DNA of 64,000 bases from Terrimicrobiaceae bacterium (GTDB lineage Bacteria; Verrucomicrobiota; Verrucomicrobiia; Chthoniobacterales; Terrimicrobiaceae). A program made the position numbers and the translations under genes. Below are positions 1 through 10,784 of this stretch, in pieces (position 1 is the first letter of the stretch; every line of letters begins with the position of its first letter). The notes beneath the pieces are model-generated. The model worked only from the letters and a program-made list of their open reading frames with translations, searched no databases and had not been told where the DNA came from. The stretch covers positions 1 to 64,000 of the forward strand of contig JBGSVZ010000027.1 in NCBI GenBank assembly GCA_041752695.1, written 5' to 3'.

Positions 1-625
1 GCCGCCGCTTTCCGGGCGGTGTCTGCACACGCCCCGCCTCGTCCACTTTCAAGATTTGCGTAGATTCGTTCATAGATGTCAGAACGGAATCTATGACGGT
101 TATGCCTCTATCGGACAGAGGTGGTCCGTGTGTCGCTTACGATTACGCGGTTACCTGCTGGGTAGATTCTCCAGTGAAGGCAGTGATAATTATTGATATT
201 CGCGCTGCTGACAATAGGAGGGCGACTAAATTCGACTCGGTATCGAGTTTCGAGAGGCGCAGAAAGTTCCGTCACATATCCAGCATACCGATAATCCTTA
301 TCGGTCTGTGCTGGCTGCCCTACTCAAGGAAGTTCCAGACCCGGGGAAGAGGTATGAAGTTCTTGACGCCTTTTACAGAAATTTTGAGGGGTGCGCCTCG
401 AAATGAATCCAAGAAAGTGAACAAGGCGGTGAACCCCACGCTCACCCGTCCACATCGCTCTGTGATCCGCGCCTCGCAGTTGCTCTCGATTTAGCTTTTC
501 TTACGAAACTAAGGGTTGCCCTTCAGGTGCGTATTGATCTGTTCCCCCAGAGCAGCGGTCTGGGGGAAATGCCTGAAGGACTGAAGATTTGGAGGTGGCG
601 GGCCTGGGGGGCGCTTTTCGTGCCC

Positions 626-1522
626 CTATTTCTTCCAGTGCCTGATGAGGGTATCCGCCATTTCGGCGGGGGTAGGCGAAACGGCGATGCCGGCGTCCAG
701 CATGGCCTCGATCTTTGCCGCGGCGGTGCCTTTGCCGCCACTGACGATCGCCCCGGCGTGACCCATCCGGCGCCCGGGAGGGGCGGTGGCTCCGGCAATG
801 AAACCTGCGATGGGTTTTTTACAATACTGTTTGGCCCAGGCGGCGGCTTCTTCCTCGGCGGTGCCGCCGATTTCACCGATCATGATGATGGCCTCCGTTT
901 CGGGGTCGTCGTTGAACATTTGGAGCACGTCAAGGTGCGAGGTGCCATTGACAGGGTCGCCGCCGATGCCGACGCAGGTGCTCTGGCCGTAACCGCGAGT
1001 GGTGAGTTGCCAGACGGCTTCGTAGGTCAGCGTGCCGGAGCGGGAAACCACGCCCACGTTGCCCTTTTTGTGGATGTAGCCGGGGGCAATCCCGATGCGG
1101 CAGCCGCCATGGGAGTTCTCGCCGGTGCCGGGAGTGACGAGGCCTGGGCAGTTCGGGCCGATCAGGCGGGTCTGCGAGCCGCGCATGGCTTGCTTAACCT
1201 TCACCATGTCATTGACCGGGATGCCTTCCGTGATAGCCACCACAAGGTCCACGCCGGCATCGACACCTTCCAGAATGGCGTCAGCGGCGAAGGGCGGCGG
1301 GACAAAAACAACGGACACGGTCGCGCCGGTTTCCTTCACGGCCTGATCCACGGTGTCGAAGATGGGCACTCTGTCGGCGAAAAGCTGTCCGCCTTTACCG
1401 GGAGTGACGCCCGCGACAACCTGTGTGCCGTAGTCGAGGCTAAGTTGGGCATGCCGGGCACCAAAGCTCCCGGTGATGCCCTGGATGAGGATCTTGGTTT
1501 CAGGTGTGACGAGGATGGCCAT
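626..1522 (-). CDS. sucD: Succinyl-CoA synthetase alpha subunit
   Basis: [22 protein letters not shown] and RMGHAGA (phospho-His) motifs; lies downstream of sucC. Confidence 0.97.
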   Translation of the reverse strand: MAILVTPETKILIQGITGSFGARHAQLSLDYGTQVVAGVTPGKGGQLFADRVPIFDTVDQAVKETGATVSVVFVPPPFAADAILEGVDAGVDLVVAITEGIPVNDMVKVKQAMRGSQTRLIGPNCPGLVTPGTGENSHGGCRIGIAPGYIHKKGNVGVVSRSGTLTYEAVWQLTTRGYGQSTCVGIGGDPVNGTSHLDVLQMFNDDPETEAIIMIGEIGGTAEEEAAAWAKQYCKKPIAGFIAGATAPPGRRMGHAGAIVSGGKGTAAAKIEAMLDAGIAVSPTPAEMADTLIRHWKK

Positions 1523-1558
1523 GGCGTGAGTGAAAGTGAGGGTAAAAAGGAAAAAAGA

Positions 1559-2746
1559 TCAGGCTGCTTTCTTGACCTCGGCGACGATCTTCTGGGCGGC
1601 GTCGAGGATGTTTTCGCCGGTGATGAGGGCGAGACCACTTTCGGCGAGGGTCTTTTTGCCGGCTTCCACATTGTTGCCTTCGAGACGAACGACGAGCGGG
1701 ATGTCCAAGCCAATCTCCCGGGCGGCTTCCACGATGCCGTTGGCGATGATGTTGCAATCCATGATGCCCCCGAAAATGTTGACGAGGATGCCCTTGACGT
1801 TTTTGTCACCGAGAATGATTTGGAACGCGGCAAAGACCTGTTCCTTGGTTGCGCCACCGCCGACATCCAGGAAGTTGGCGGGGCTGCCGCCCGCGTATTG
1901 AATGATATCCATCGTGGCCATGGCGAGGCCGGCCCCGTTGACGAGGCAGGCGATGTTACCATCGAGGCCGATATAATTGAGGGCAAATTCTGAAGCGGCG
2001 ACTTCGCGTGGGTCTTCCTCGGTTTTGTCGCGCATGGCGAGGATCTCGGGTTGACGGTAGAGCGCGTTGTCGTCGAAGCCGAACTTGGCGTCGAGGGCGA
2101 GCAATTCGCCCTTGTCGGTCACCACCAGCGGGTTGAGCTCGACCATGGCGCAATCGCATTCGATGAAGAGTTTGTAAAGATTGGTGAACAGCTTGGACGC
2201 CTGGTTCATCAGCTTGCCGCTGAGTCCGAGCATCAATGCGATCTGGCGGGTCTGGTAGGGCATGAGGCCCAGGGCGGGATTGACACCGAGGCGGAGGATT
2301 TTTTCCGGGGTGTGCTCGGCCACGTGTTCAATATCCACGCCTCCCTCGGTGCTGGCGATGACCACCGGCGCGGATGTCGCGCGGTCGAGGAGAATGGCAA
2401 AATAGAGTTCGCGTTTGATCTCCACGGCCTCGCCGATAAACACCTTGCTGACTTCCTTGCCGTCGGGTCCGGTCTGGTGCGTTACCAGGACCTGTCCAAG
2501 CATTTTGCCGGCAAGATCCTTCGCTTCCGCCGGGGTGTCGCAGAGATGGACGCCGCCCTTGAAACCGTTTTTGAACGTCCCCTTGCCGCGTCCACCGGCG
2601 TGGATCTGGGCCTTCACGACGATCTTGCCGCCGAGCTTCGTGGCCACCTCTTCGGCCTCCTCGGGAGTAAAAGCGGCACCGCCGGGCTGGGTGGCAACGC
2701 CAAATTTGGCAAAGAGTTCGCGGGCTTGGTATTCGTGAATATTCAT
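1559..2746 (-). CDS. sucC: Succinyl-CoA synthetase beta subunit
   Basis: Starts MNIHEYQ (ATG at 2746); [23 protein letters not shown] and NIFGGI motifs. Confidence 0.97.
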   Translation of the reverse strand: MNIHEYQARELFAKFGVATQPGGAAFTPEEAEEVATKLGGKIVVKAQIHAGGRGKGTFKNGFKGGVHLCDTPAEAKDLAGKMLGQVLVTHQTGPDGKEVSKVFIGEAVEIKRELYFAILLDRATSAPVVIASTEGGVDIEHVAEHTPEKILRLGVNPALGLMPYQTRQIALMLGLSGKLMNQASKLFTNLYKLFIECDCAMVELNPLVVTDKGELLALDAKFGFDDNALYRQPEILAMRDKTEEDPREVAASEFALNYIGLDGNIACLVNGAGLAMATMDIIQYAGGSPANFLDVGGGATKEQVFAAFQIILGDKNVKGILVNIFGGIMDCNIIANGIVEAAREIGLDIPLVVRLEGNNVEAGKKTLAESGLALITGENILDAAQKIVAEVKKAA

Positions 2747-2895
2747 CGGGACGAGAAGAGCCATGCAGATAAACGCCTCGCGAGGCGTTTGCCAACGGAA
2801 TATTGAGGCGGTCACCCACTTTCGAAGGCGGGTGCGCGAAACGTTCCGGCGGGAAAACTTTTGCGCGAAAGGACGGACGAAGCGCCGCGTGCGGG

Positions 2896-3936
2896 CTACG
2901 CCTGCTTACCCAGCCGATAGGTCTCCCGGCGGCGGTGGAGGATCGCGCGGGTGAAGAGGTCTTCGGCGGGCCAGGCCTCGATGGCGCGGGCAAAAACGTA
3001 CAGCGCCTCGGGAAGAGGACGGCGTCCATCGAGCATCCACGTCACCATCGCCCCAAACTTTTTGCGGAGGGCGGGAGGTTCGTGCGACAACGCGGCCCAG
3101 AGGGCGTGAGCCTGGGCGGAAAACTGGGTCCAATCGCCACTCGGCACGGCCGCCGTCAGGACGTGCAGGCTGGCGGACATGGTGACGCGGCGGGCAAGTA
3201 CATCCGGCGGGAGAGGTGCCTCGAACCGCTCGGCGGCGGCCTGGGAAGCCCGGCAGAGGGAATCCGCGTAATTTGTCAGCGCTGGGCCGGTGCGCAAAGC
3301 GGAACTGTAGCTGGAACCGTGGCGGCGGCGGGCCAAGGTACAGGCGTGAGAAAGGGCCATGCCGCCTTCGCCGCGCCGGGCGGCGCTGAGACCGAGCCAC
3401 ACGAAATAGTCCGCCATGCCGGGAAACTCGACCGGCCATCCCCCGATGGCGTCCAGGGCCGAACGGCGCATGAGCACCGCGGAGGGTGTGCCGACCATGG
3501 GGCCAAAGGGGAACTGCCGCCAGCAATTGAGCCGGGCCCGTCGGGCATCCCGCAGGTCCCATTTCGGATCGGGGTTCTGTGCGCTGAGGCCGCATTCGGT
3601 GGCGGCGATTGCGCGGCAGGGTTCCCGCTGCTCGAGCCAGTCGGCCAGCAACGCCAGGTGGCGGGGATGCCAGAGATCGTCCTGGTCCAGCAGGGCAACC
3701 AGAGGGCAGTTCGAGAGGGACAGTCCGTGGCGGCGGGCGACGTTTGCCCCCTTTTCCGGATTGTCCACCAGCCGCACTCCGGGAAACTTTCTGACGATTG
3801 CGACTGAGCCGTCGGTCGAGCCGTCGTTCACCACGATCACTTCCCGGGGCGGGCGGGTCTGTTGATAAACGCTTCGAAGAGTGGCGTGAATCCAGCGTTC
3901 TCCGTTGAACAGGGGAATGATGACGGCGATATCCAT
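2896..3936 (-). CDS. Glycosyltransferase family 2 (GT-A fold)
   Basis: [12 protein letters not shown]...VNDGSTD...LDQDDLW (DxD); start re-set to the ATG at 3936, 7 nt after the upstream stop. Confidence 0.88.
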   Translation of the reverse strand: MDIAVIIPLFNGERWIHATLRSVYQQTRPPREVIVVNDGSTDGSVAIVRKFPGVRLVDNPEKGANVARRHGLSLSNCPLVALLDQDDLWHPRHLALLADWLEQREPCRAIAATECGLSAQNPDPKWDLRDARRARLNCWRQFPFGPMVGTPSAVLMRRSALDAIGGWPVEFPGMADYFVWLGLSAARRGEGGMALSHACTLARRRHGSSYSSALRTGPALTNYADSLCRASQAAAERFEAPLPPDVLARRVTMSASLHVLTAAVPSGDWTQFSAQAHALWAALSHEPPALRKKFGAMVTWMLDGRRPLPEALYVFARAIEAWPAEDLFTRAILHRRRETYRLGKQA

Positions 3937-3943
3937 GAGAACT

Positions 3944-4840
3944 TCAGGCGGCTGGGTGAACACAGTGGTGCGGCAGACCGTTATCCAGGTAACGGCGCAA
4001 TTGTTCTTCGGCCTCCCGTTCGATCCAGCCCGGACGCTCAACCGCATGCGCGGCGACGTGCGGGGTGAGGATGAGCCGGGGCGTCCGCCACACGCGATGT
4101 CCGGAAGCCTTCCCGTCTTCGGGCAACACATCGAGGGCGGCGGCGCCCAGATTTCCAGCCTGCAAGGCGGCGCAGAGCGCAGCGAGGTCGACGGTTTCCG
4201 CGCGGCCGACCAGGACAAAAACGGCGCTGGTTTTTAAGGCGGAAAGGAAAGGGGAATCGACGAACTTTTCCGTGTCGGGCCGACCCGGAATCGCGATAAA
4301 GATCCAGTCCATTTCCGGGAGAAGGTCGCGCCAGTTTTTGACGGATTGATCGACCCCGGTGACGGCGATGTCGTCGCGCTCGGTGAGACGGACAATTTCG
4401 CGACCGATGGGTCCGAGACCGATGACCATGGCTTTCCGCGGCAGCGGCAGCCAGTCGTGCGCGGGGTCCCAGCGCCTTTCCCTTTGCGCGTCTGCGAAGT
4501 GCGGCAAACCCCGGGTGAGCGACCATGCCATGGTATGCGCGTGGCGGGCCACCACACCGGCCAGACAGACACTGCGGGAGAGGAGGATGCCCCTCCCGGC
4601 CAGTTCGCGAACCGGCAGGTGATCCACACCGCCGGCTGTGCTCTGCACCCAACGCAGTCTGGCCGCCGTAGGAAGGCACTGCCTCAAATACCGATGACCG
4701 AAGATCACCTCCGCGGTGGTCGCCTCGCAGAGGGCCTCCTCTTCGCTCCCGGCGACGCGAACTTCGCAGCCGAGGGCTCGAAGGTGTTCGACATGCTCCG
4801 GCGAGGGGACGTGCGTGGAATACATGAGAAGGACCTTCAT
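3944..4840 (-). CDS. D-isomer-specific 2-hydroxyacid dehydrogenase family protein
   Basis: WVQSTAGGVD, GLGPIG dinucleotide-binding motif, AALDV, LTPHVAA catalytic His. Confidence 0.85.
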   Translation of the reverse strand: MKVLLMYSTHVPSPEHVEHLRALGCEVRVAGSEEEALCEATTAEVIFGHRYLRQCLPTAARLRWVQSTAGGVDHLPVRELAGRGILLSRSVCLAGVVARHAHTMAWSLTRGLPHFADAQRERRWDPAHDWLPLPRKAMVIGLGPIGREIVRLTERDDIAVTGVDQSVKNWRDLLPEMDWIFIAIPGRPDTEKFVDSPFLSALKTSAVFVLVGRAETVDLAALCAALQAGNLGAAALDVLPEDGKASGHRVWRTPRLILTPHVAAHAVERPGWIEREAEEQLRRYLDNGLPHHCVHPAA

Positions 4841-5616
4841 GCCACCACCTCCGCCAGCAATTGGGTGAAACTCTGATGATCCCGGGCGATCTGTTCCGGC
4901 GTGCGGTCCCGCAGTTTTTGCTCCAGGAGCCGAATCTCCGCGATCTCAGAGGCCAGATCCCGTCCGGGAATCTCCTGATAAAATGTCCGTCTCAAAAAAC
5001 TCATCCCGCACCCCAGCCGGACCATCTCGGAAAAGAGCAGGGGGAAAGGCAGCGGATGGCCGCCATCGGTCACGGTGATGCCGCCAAAGCCCACATCCCG
5101 GCCTGGCAGCTGCTGGAAAATTTTCCCCACTGTGCCATCCGCCACCCCGCTCCAGATGCTGCCGCGTCCGCCGCGCGAGATCTGCAGGTCGTTAAGACCG
5201 ATGTAGGCGCTGTCCCACGGCAAGCGGGCGAGGGCGGAAAGGTCGTCCACCAGGTCCTGGGTCTCGATCTGCACGACGGTGCGGACTCGGCCGGCGGTGA
5301 GGGCGAGGAAACGTTCGACCTCGGAGGCCTGGCGGGCCATGGGGAGCATGATTTCGCGCGCGCCGGCATCGATGGCGCGGCGAAGTTCGTCGGCGGTTTT
5401 GTCACCGAGGGGGTTGATGCGCACCAGAATCGGGCGATCGACCGCGGCAGCGAGGCGCCGCAATTCAGGCACGCCCTGACGGTTGATCTCGAAATCGTAC
5501 GCGCGTTGGCGGACGGTTTTTCCCCGCCGTTCCCAGTCGACCACAAACCCGTCGATGCCGGCGGCAGCTGCGTCGCGGGCCAGGTCCGCATCGGTCGTGA
5601 AAAGATATAACCTCAC
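4837..5616 (-). CDS. HpcH/HpaI aldolase / citrate lyase beta-like protein
   Basis: GIDGFVVDWE, ILVRINP, IMLPM, QIET, YIGLNDL motifs; GTG start at 5616 just after the asnB stop; 4-nt overlap with the next gene. Confidence 0.75.
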   Translation of the reverse strand: MRLYLFTTDADLARDAAAAGIDGFVVDWERRGKTVRQRAYDFEINRQGVPELRRLAAAVDRPILVRINPLGDKTADELRRAIDAGAREIMLPMARQASEVERFLALTAGRVRTVVQIETQDLVDDLSALARLPWDSAYIGLNDLQISRGGRGSIWSGVADGTVGKIFQQLPGRDVGFGGITVTDGGHPLPFPLLFSEMVRLGCGMSFLRRTFYQEIPGRDLASEIAEIRLLEQKLRDRTPEQIARDHQSFTQLLAEVVA

Positions 5617-5621
5617 GTTCG

Positions 5622-7526
5622 TCAGGGGGCCTCGCCGTCGATGAACACCCGGTGCCACAATTCGAGAATGACGAGCGACATGACCTGCTTGAGGTAGACA
5701 AACTCGCGCGTCTGCAATTTTTCCAGCAAGTCCTTCACATAGGCCGGCTCGAAATAGCCGCGTTGGCGGATCTGGGTCTCGTTGAGGGTCTCGGCGATGA
5801 GGCGTTGGATCTGCGGGTGCTCGAAGAAAAACTCCATCGGGAGAAAGAAAGGGTTTTTCTTCCGGTGCGTCACTTCCCTTGGGAGGAGGTTTTCCGCAAT
5901 TTTGCGTTCGATGATTTTGTCGCGCAGGCCGTTGTTTTTCAGATGCGGAGGGACGCGAAAGGCCTGTTCGATCAGGTGGTGATCCAGAAAGGGCAGCCGG
6001 ACTTCGAGCGAGTGGGCCATGGTGTTTTTGTCCTGACGGATGAGGCACCAATCCTGCAGCCATTCCTCCCATTGGATCTTCAGCAGGCGGTCAAGGAAGG
6101 CCCCGGATGAGTCACGCACGGGCGGAATCCAGGCATCGGTCGCGAGGGCCTTGAACTCCGCCGTGTAGGCCGCTGCGCGGGCTTCGCGGGGCCAGAGGGT
6201 TTTGAGGGCGATGTAATTTTCGAAGAGGGTGCGCTCGCGGTAGCCCCCCATAAAATCGACCAGGCGCGCCTTGCCCTGCTGGCCGAGTTTGGCGGGGAAA
6301 ACAAAAAACTTCGTGAGAAAATCCACCGGCATGGCCCGCAATGCAGGCATGGCCACGTGGTCATGGAGAAAGCCGGGCACCGCCTGATGATACCATTCCG
6401 CGAGTTGGGTCACTTTGTGAAACGAATACCCTCCGAAAATCTCATCCGCGCCCTCGCCGCTGATGATCACCTTGAGGTCTTTGGCCGCGCCTTCGGCCAG
6501 TTTATAAAAGGCCACAATGAGCGCGTCGCCAACCGGACGGTCCATGTGGTAAACCACTTTGGGCAGCAGATCAAAATCCCCGGGACCGCATTGGATCTCG
6601 TGATGATGGGTTCCAAGCAGGCGGGCGGTTTCCGCAGCGTCGTGGGTCTCGTCGCCCGGAGAATTGAAGCCGATCGAGTAGGTGTTGATTTTGTCGCTCA
6701 GTTCGGCCATCAGCGCGACCAGGAGGGACGAATCCACGCCCGCGCTGAGATACCCGCCCACCGGCACATCGCTGCGCATGGTGAGTTTCACCGCCTCGCG
6801 CAACATCCGCTCGGTATCGTCAATCAGTTCGGCATCCGGCGGGTATGGCCCGGTGAAAATCGGCACGTCCCAATACCGTTCGATGGTGATTTCCCCGGCG
6901 GCGTTGAGGACCAGGAAATGCGCGGCCGGGAGAGTGAAGATGCCCTCAAACATCGTTCGCGGTTCCGGCACATACCGCAGCGCGAGATAGGCGTCGATGG
7001 CTGCCACATTGCAGGCGCGGGGCACTCCGGGGGCTGGCAAAATCGCCTTCACCTCGGAGGCAAAAACGAAACGTCCGTTTTCGCGAAAATAATAAAAGGG
7101 CTTCTGTCCGCTGCGGTCCCGCGCGCAGAAGGTCTCGCCGGAGCGGCTGTCGTGCAGAGCAAAGGCAAACATGCCATTAAATCGCGTAAGACAAGACCGC
7201 CCCCATTCTTCGAACGCATGGACAATGACCTCGGTGTCGGAATGCGTGCGAAAGGTGTGCCCCTTGCCGGCCAATTCCTCGCGAAGTTCCCGGTAGTTGT
7301 AGATCTCGCCGTTGTAACAAACCGCCAGCGTGCGGTCTTCGTTGAAAATCGGCTGCCCGCCGCCCTCGAGGTCAATGATCGAGAGCCGCCGCATGCCCAT
7401 GGAAAATCGATGGGGTTCATCCTCGTAAAATCCCTCTCCGTCGGGTCCACGATGCACGAGGCAACGAGCCATGCGGGCGAGGAGACCCCGCTCAACGAAA
7501 CCAGAAAAACCAAAGATGCCGCACAT
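5622..7526 (-). CDS. asnB: Asparagine synthase (glutamine-hydrolysing)-like amidotransferase
   Basis: MCGI N-terminal nucleophile, HRGPD, RRLSIID, NGEIYN, LSAGVDSS PP-loop, SGEGADE, EVRLPFLD. Confidence 0.92.
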   Translation of the reverse strand: MCGIFGFSGFVERGLLARMARCLVHRGPDGEGFYEDEPHRFSMGMRRLSIIDLEGGGQPIFNEDRTLAVCYNGEIYNYRELREELAGKGHTFRTHSDTEVIVHAFEEWGRSCLTRFNGMFAFALHDSRSGETFCARDRSGQKPFYYFRENGRFVFASEVKAILPAPGVPRACNVAAIDAYLALRYVPEPRTMFEGIFTLPAAHFLVLNAAGEITIERYWDVPIFTGPYPPDAELIDDTERMLREAVKLTMRSDVPVGGYLSAGVDSSLLVALMAELSDKINTYSIGFNSPGDETHDAAETARLLGTHHHEIQCGPGDFDLLPKVVYHMDRPVGDALIVAFYKLAEGAAKDLKVIISGEGADEIFGGYSFHKVTQLAEWYHQAVPGFLHDHVAMPALRAMPVDFLTKFFVFPAKLGQQGKARLVDFMGGYRERTLFENYIALKTLWPREARAAAYTAEFKALATDAWIPPVRDSSGAFLDRLLKIQWEEWLQDWCLIRQDKNTMAHSLEVRLPFLDHHLIEQAFRVPPHLKNNGLRDKIIERKIAENLLPREVTHRKKNPFFLPMEFFFEHPQIQRLIAETLNETQIRQRGYFEPAYVKDLLEKLQTREFVYLKQVMSLVILELWHRVFIDGEAP

Positions 7527-7586
7527 GCCGAAAACCCGGCGCCGACCCCGGGGTGAAAAGAATGCCTAGTGGGGCGGGACTTTCAG

Positions 7587-8486
7587 TCAAACAAATTGCG
7601 GCTCGGCCCATTCCTCTGCCGTGGGCTCGTAAGCGGCAGAGGGTCGGATCTCCGTCTGCTGCCGGAACATCAGGACAGGAACCTGGCGGGCCAGAATCAT
7701 GGCGGACGTCGTGCTGCCAACCACCAGACTGCGCAGGCGCGAATTGCCATATGCACCCATCACCAGAAGGCCCACGCTTTCCCGCTGGGCGGCTTCGCCG
7801 ATCACCCGATCGGGTTCCCCCTCGGCCACTTGGACCGTCACCGCAAAATCCGCCGCCCGGAGGCGATCCACCGCCGCGTCGAGCATGGCCTGGGAGGAAA
7901 CCCGGCCGGCCTGAACGACATGACAACGCAGGCCGCGGAGGAGCGGTTCTTCCAGGGCAAACTGCAGCGCTTTGTGCACACTCTGCCCGCCGTCCCAGGC
8001 CAGTAGAAAGCGGTCGATGGGAGCATACTTCCGGGAGGCCACCAAGACGGGACGGGAACTGGACCGGGCGACGCTTTCGAGATTCACCCCCAGATGGCGC
8101 CGGGTGCAGCCGGCTGACTCGCCCCGCTTGCCCAAAACAACCAGGTCGCAGGTCCGACGCGAGACCGCATCGGCCAGTCCGCCATATTCCAGTTCCAGCT
8201 CGATTTCCCGGACCCCGGAAGCCGTGAGTTGCCGCTGCGCCGCCGCCAATTGGATCTGGCCCCGTTCCACCACCATCCGGCCGCGGATTTCCTCAAAGGC
8301 GGCCACTTCGGCCTGGAGCTTCACCGCCTCGGGGTCGGACGACCGGCTTGGGCGGGTCGGCCGCGGGTTTTCCAGCATGTGCAAAACATGCACCGGCGCT
8401 CCCAGACGCTCAGCACCCCAGGCCGCATAACGATAAACGCTGGGTGCGTAGAGCGAGCCGTCGGTGCAGGCGAGGATTTTATTCAT
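7587..8486 (-). CDS. Universal stress protein (two USP domains)
   Basis: ILACTDGS...DLVVLGKRG and LLAWDGG...LLVMGAYGNSRLRSLVVGSTT. Confidence 0.9.
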   Translation of the reverse strand: MNKILACTDGSLYAPSVYRYAAWGAERLGAPVHVLHMLENPRPTRPSRSSDPEAVKLQAEVAAFEEIRGRMVVERGQIQLAAAQRQLTASGVREIELELEYGGLADAVSRRTCDLVVLGKRGESAGCTRRHLGVNLESVARSSSRPVLVASRKYAPIDRFLLAWDGGQSVHKALQFALEEPLLRGLRCHVVQAGRVSSQAMLDAAVDRLRAADFAVTVQVAEGEPDRVIGEAAQRESVGLLVMGAYGNSRLRSLVVGSTTSAMILARQVPVLMFRQQTEIRPSAAYEPTAEEWAEPQFV

Positions 8487-8599
8487 GGGGAAAAACTCCC
8501 CGGTTTTCGAAAAAATGAAACCGGTTGCTTGACCAAATAGGGCATTTCCGCGGCCTCGTCGTCAAGCTTGGATCGCAGGGTGTTTCGAAAAATCGCCGA

Positions 8600-10555
8600 T
8601 CAGCGTCCCGGGCCTTGGAACGCGGTGAAATCAAAGCCTTCGGCGCTGCCGGGAACGTAGGTGGCGACGATGCGATCCAGGCCTGCGTCGAAGCCGTACA
8701 AGTGGATCCGATCGGTGAAAAGAGCGGGGTCGTTGAACAGGCTCCACATTTTGGGACTGAACTCCCGTGCGGCCCAGGGCATGCCGATATTGAGCACGAG
8801 AGTTTTCCGTTCCCGGTCTGCGCGGCGCAGGAGGGCGATGAGCTCCTCGGGAGAGTTCAGGCGCTGCAGGTTGCCATCGTAGAGATACGGCGGGATGCAA
8901 AAACTCGCCGTGAGAATATTTCGGGCCTTGGCGTCCCAGGGGTCGAGCGTGCCACGGCTGAGGAGTACGGCGTCTCTGGTGGGCTGGAGAGGATGGGCCG
9001 CGAGCCGGTTTCGGGTGGGAGCGGTGAGCAGGAAAAATCCCGCGAGAAAGACTCCCGGGATCAGGGCGGAAAAAATGCGGCCGCCCGGCAGGCGAGCGGC
9101 GGAGGCGGCCAGCCAAGTGAGGGCCACCGCCACAAAAACCACCAGACCCGGCAGGGCGTAAATCACGTAAGACGAGTAGATGAGATGTTTCCGCGACACC
9201 GAGATCAGAAAGGTGATGACCGGCGGCAGAACAACCACCAGCGCCACCGTGGCGGACATCCCGTCCTTTTTTAAGAACCGAAAAAATCCCAGCAGCGTCA
9301 GGCCGGAGAGAAGGCCGACGACCAGCGGCAGAAGAGCGGAATCCGTGCCTAGCAGACCGGTGAGAGAGGGGTGGTGCTCCGGCATCTCCCCCGCCCAGGG
9401 CGCGCCAACCCCGAGGAACGACAGCGTGCTCTGGATCCAGGACCAGCCCAGCGTGATATTCCGGGAGGTCTCATAGGCAAAATACGCCTTGGCCTGTGGG
9501 TAGAGCGGTAGCATGAGCTGGATCACCGCGATGGCGGAAAAACAGTTCGCCGCAAACCAGCGGCCGCTTTGCACCCGAAAGGGACGCGCCGATTCGCCGG
9601 ACCAAAGGAGCAGGGGCAGGGCAGAGAGGTTGAGCATGGCCAGGGCGACCAGCACCCCCGGATAACTGTAGATCGCCGCCCATTGCACGACGGCGTAGGT
9701 GATCCACCATTTCCAGTCCCCCAAGGCCAGGCACCGCCGCCAGACCACAAACGCGACCGGAAGCAAGAACAGCGACATACTATAGCCCCGGGCCTCCGAA
9801 GCGTAGCGGATGAACCACGGATGCATCGCCAGGAGAAAAGCCGCCAGCACGCCGGCCCGCGGACCAAAAAATTCCTTCCCCAGCCAGGCCACCGCGCCCA
9901 CCGCGGCGAGCCCGAAAACGAAGGCCGGAAGACGCAGCGGCCATTCGGCGAAAGGCAGCCCTGACGGCCGGGTCAGCGCGCTCCAGGCGGTCAGGCTCGT
10001 CCGCGCCAGCAGGCTGTGGAGCACGTGATTATTCGGCTCGCGATAATCGTAGAAGGTGTCGAGCCAGGGAACCTTCCGGAACTTCACCTCCCCCGTCTCC
10101 TCCGAGCGCTGAAACCGTCCCAAAATGGAATACCGTACGTTGTAGTCCTCGTCGTCCCAGAGGCTCTCATCCAACCGGGGAATCGCAAACCACGAGGTGA
10201 GAACCATGGCGGCCGCGACCATCGCCCAGAACCACTTCGGCGTTGAGTGTTGAGCGTTCAGTGTTGAGCGTTCGCCGCGAAGCGGCGCCGTCCACCATTT
10301 TGCGGTGGCGAAAAGCCCCCCTGTCACGCCCAGCCCGATCAGGGAACCGATCCAACCATAGACCGTGACATGGTCTTCGAGCCGGGGTTCTTTTCCCTCG
10401 GGAATTTCGACGTTCCAAGGCTTGTCGGCGAAAAGGAGGAACCCTCCCTCCAGGAGCCCGAGGCAAGCCAGCGCGAGGCGGGCCTTGCCGACGATGGATA
10501 GAGAAGCAAAAACGGAAAGGGCAGAATGAAAAAACGACGCAGGATGAAAAGACAT
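8600..10555 (-). CDS. GT-C-fold (ArnT/PMT-like) integral-membrane glycosyltransferase, paralog 1
   Basis: About 12 hydrophobic segments; SLWDDEDY acidic loop motif, EPNNH, LRLP, HPW..RYASEARGY, C-terminal YDG/DR motifs shared with the four neighbouring paralogs. Confidence 0.8.
   Translation of the reverse strand: MSFHPASFFHSALSVFASLSIVGKARLALACLGLLEGGFLLFADKPWNVEIPEGKEPRLEDHVTVYGWIGSLIGLGVTGGLFATAKWWTAPLRGERSTLNAQHSTPKWFWAMVAAAMVLTSWFAIPRLDESLWDDEDYNVRYSILGRFQRSEETGEVKFRKVPWLDTFYDYREPNNHVLHSLLARTSLTAWSALTRPSGLPFAEWPLRLPAFVFGLAAVGAVAWLGKEFFGPRAGVLAAFLLAMHPWFIRYASEARGYSMSLFLLPVAFVVWRRCLALGDWKWWITYAVVQWAAIYSYPGVLVALAMLNLSALPLLLWSGESARPFRVQSGRWFAANCFSAIAVIQLMLPLYPQAKAYFAYETSRNITLGWSWIQSTLSFLGVGAPWAGEMPEHHPSLTGLLGTDSALLPLVVGLLSGLTLLGFFRFLKKDGMSATVALVVVLPPVITFLISVSRKHLIYSSYVIYALPGLVVFVAVALTWLAASAARLPGGRIFSALIPGVFLAGFFLLTAPTRNRLAAHPLQPTRDAVLLSRGTLDPWDAKARNILTASFCIPPYLYDGNLQRLNSPEELIALLRRADRERKTLVLNIGMPWAAREFSPKMWSLFNDPALFTDRIHLYGFDAGLDRIVATYVPGSAEGFDFTAFQGPGR
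10230..10297 (-). repeat. Left arm of a 68-bp inverted repeat, containing 5 degenerate heptamers (10239-10273), inside paralog 1
   Basis: Sense strand GAACGCT CAACACT GAACGCT CAACACT CAACGCC; 60/68 ungapped identity by hand to 11004-11071. Confidence 0.9.
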
Positions 10556-10784
10556 GGATGAAGACCACTGGTGAACGTGACGGTGAAACGACGGGACATG
10601 CCCAAACGCGAAAGCGTTTGCGCCCGGAGGATCAGAAGTCCGCGTTGATCAGGGTGGTGTCATCAATGAGAAGTGGGTCTTGGAAAGGACTGCTGCCGTG
10701 TCGCAAACACGGTCATTGCCAGCAGGTAAACCTCTGATAAATCCCCACATCGGGAATGCAAAGGAAAATGGAAGAAATCACGCC

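Noticed and set aside
542..568. 10-bp hairpin TTCCCCCAGA/TCTGGGGGAA downstream of sucD as a terminator
   Set aside because: The stem is perfect but lacks a U-tract on either strand, so its function cannot be supported.
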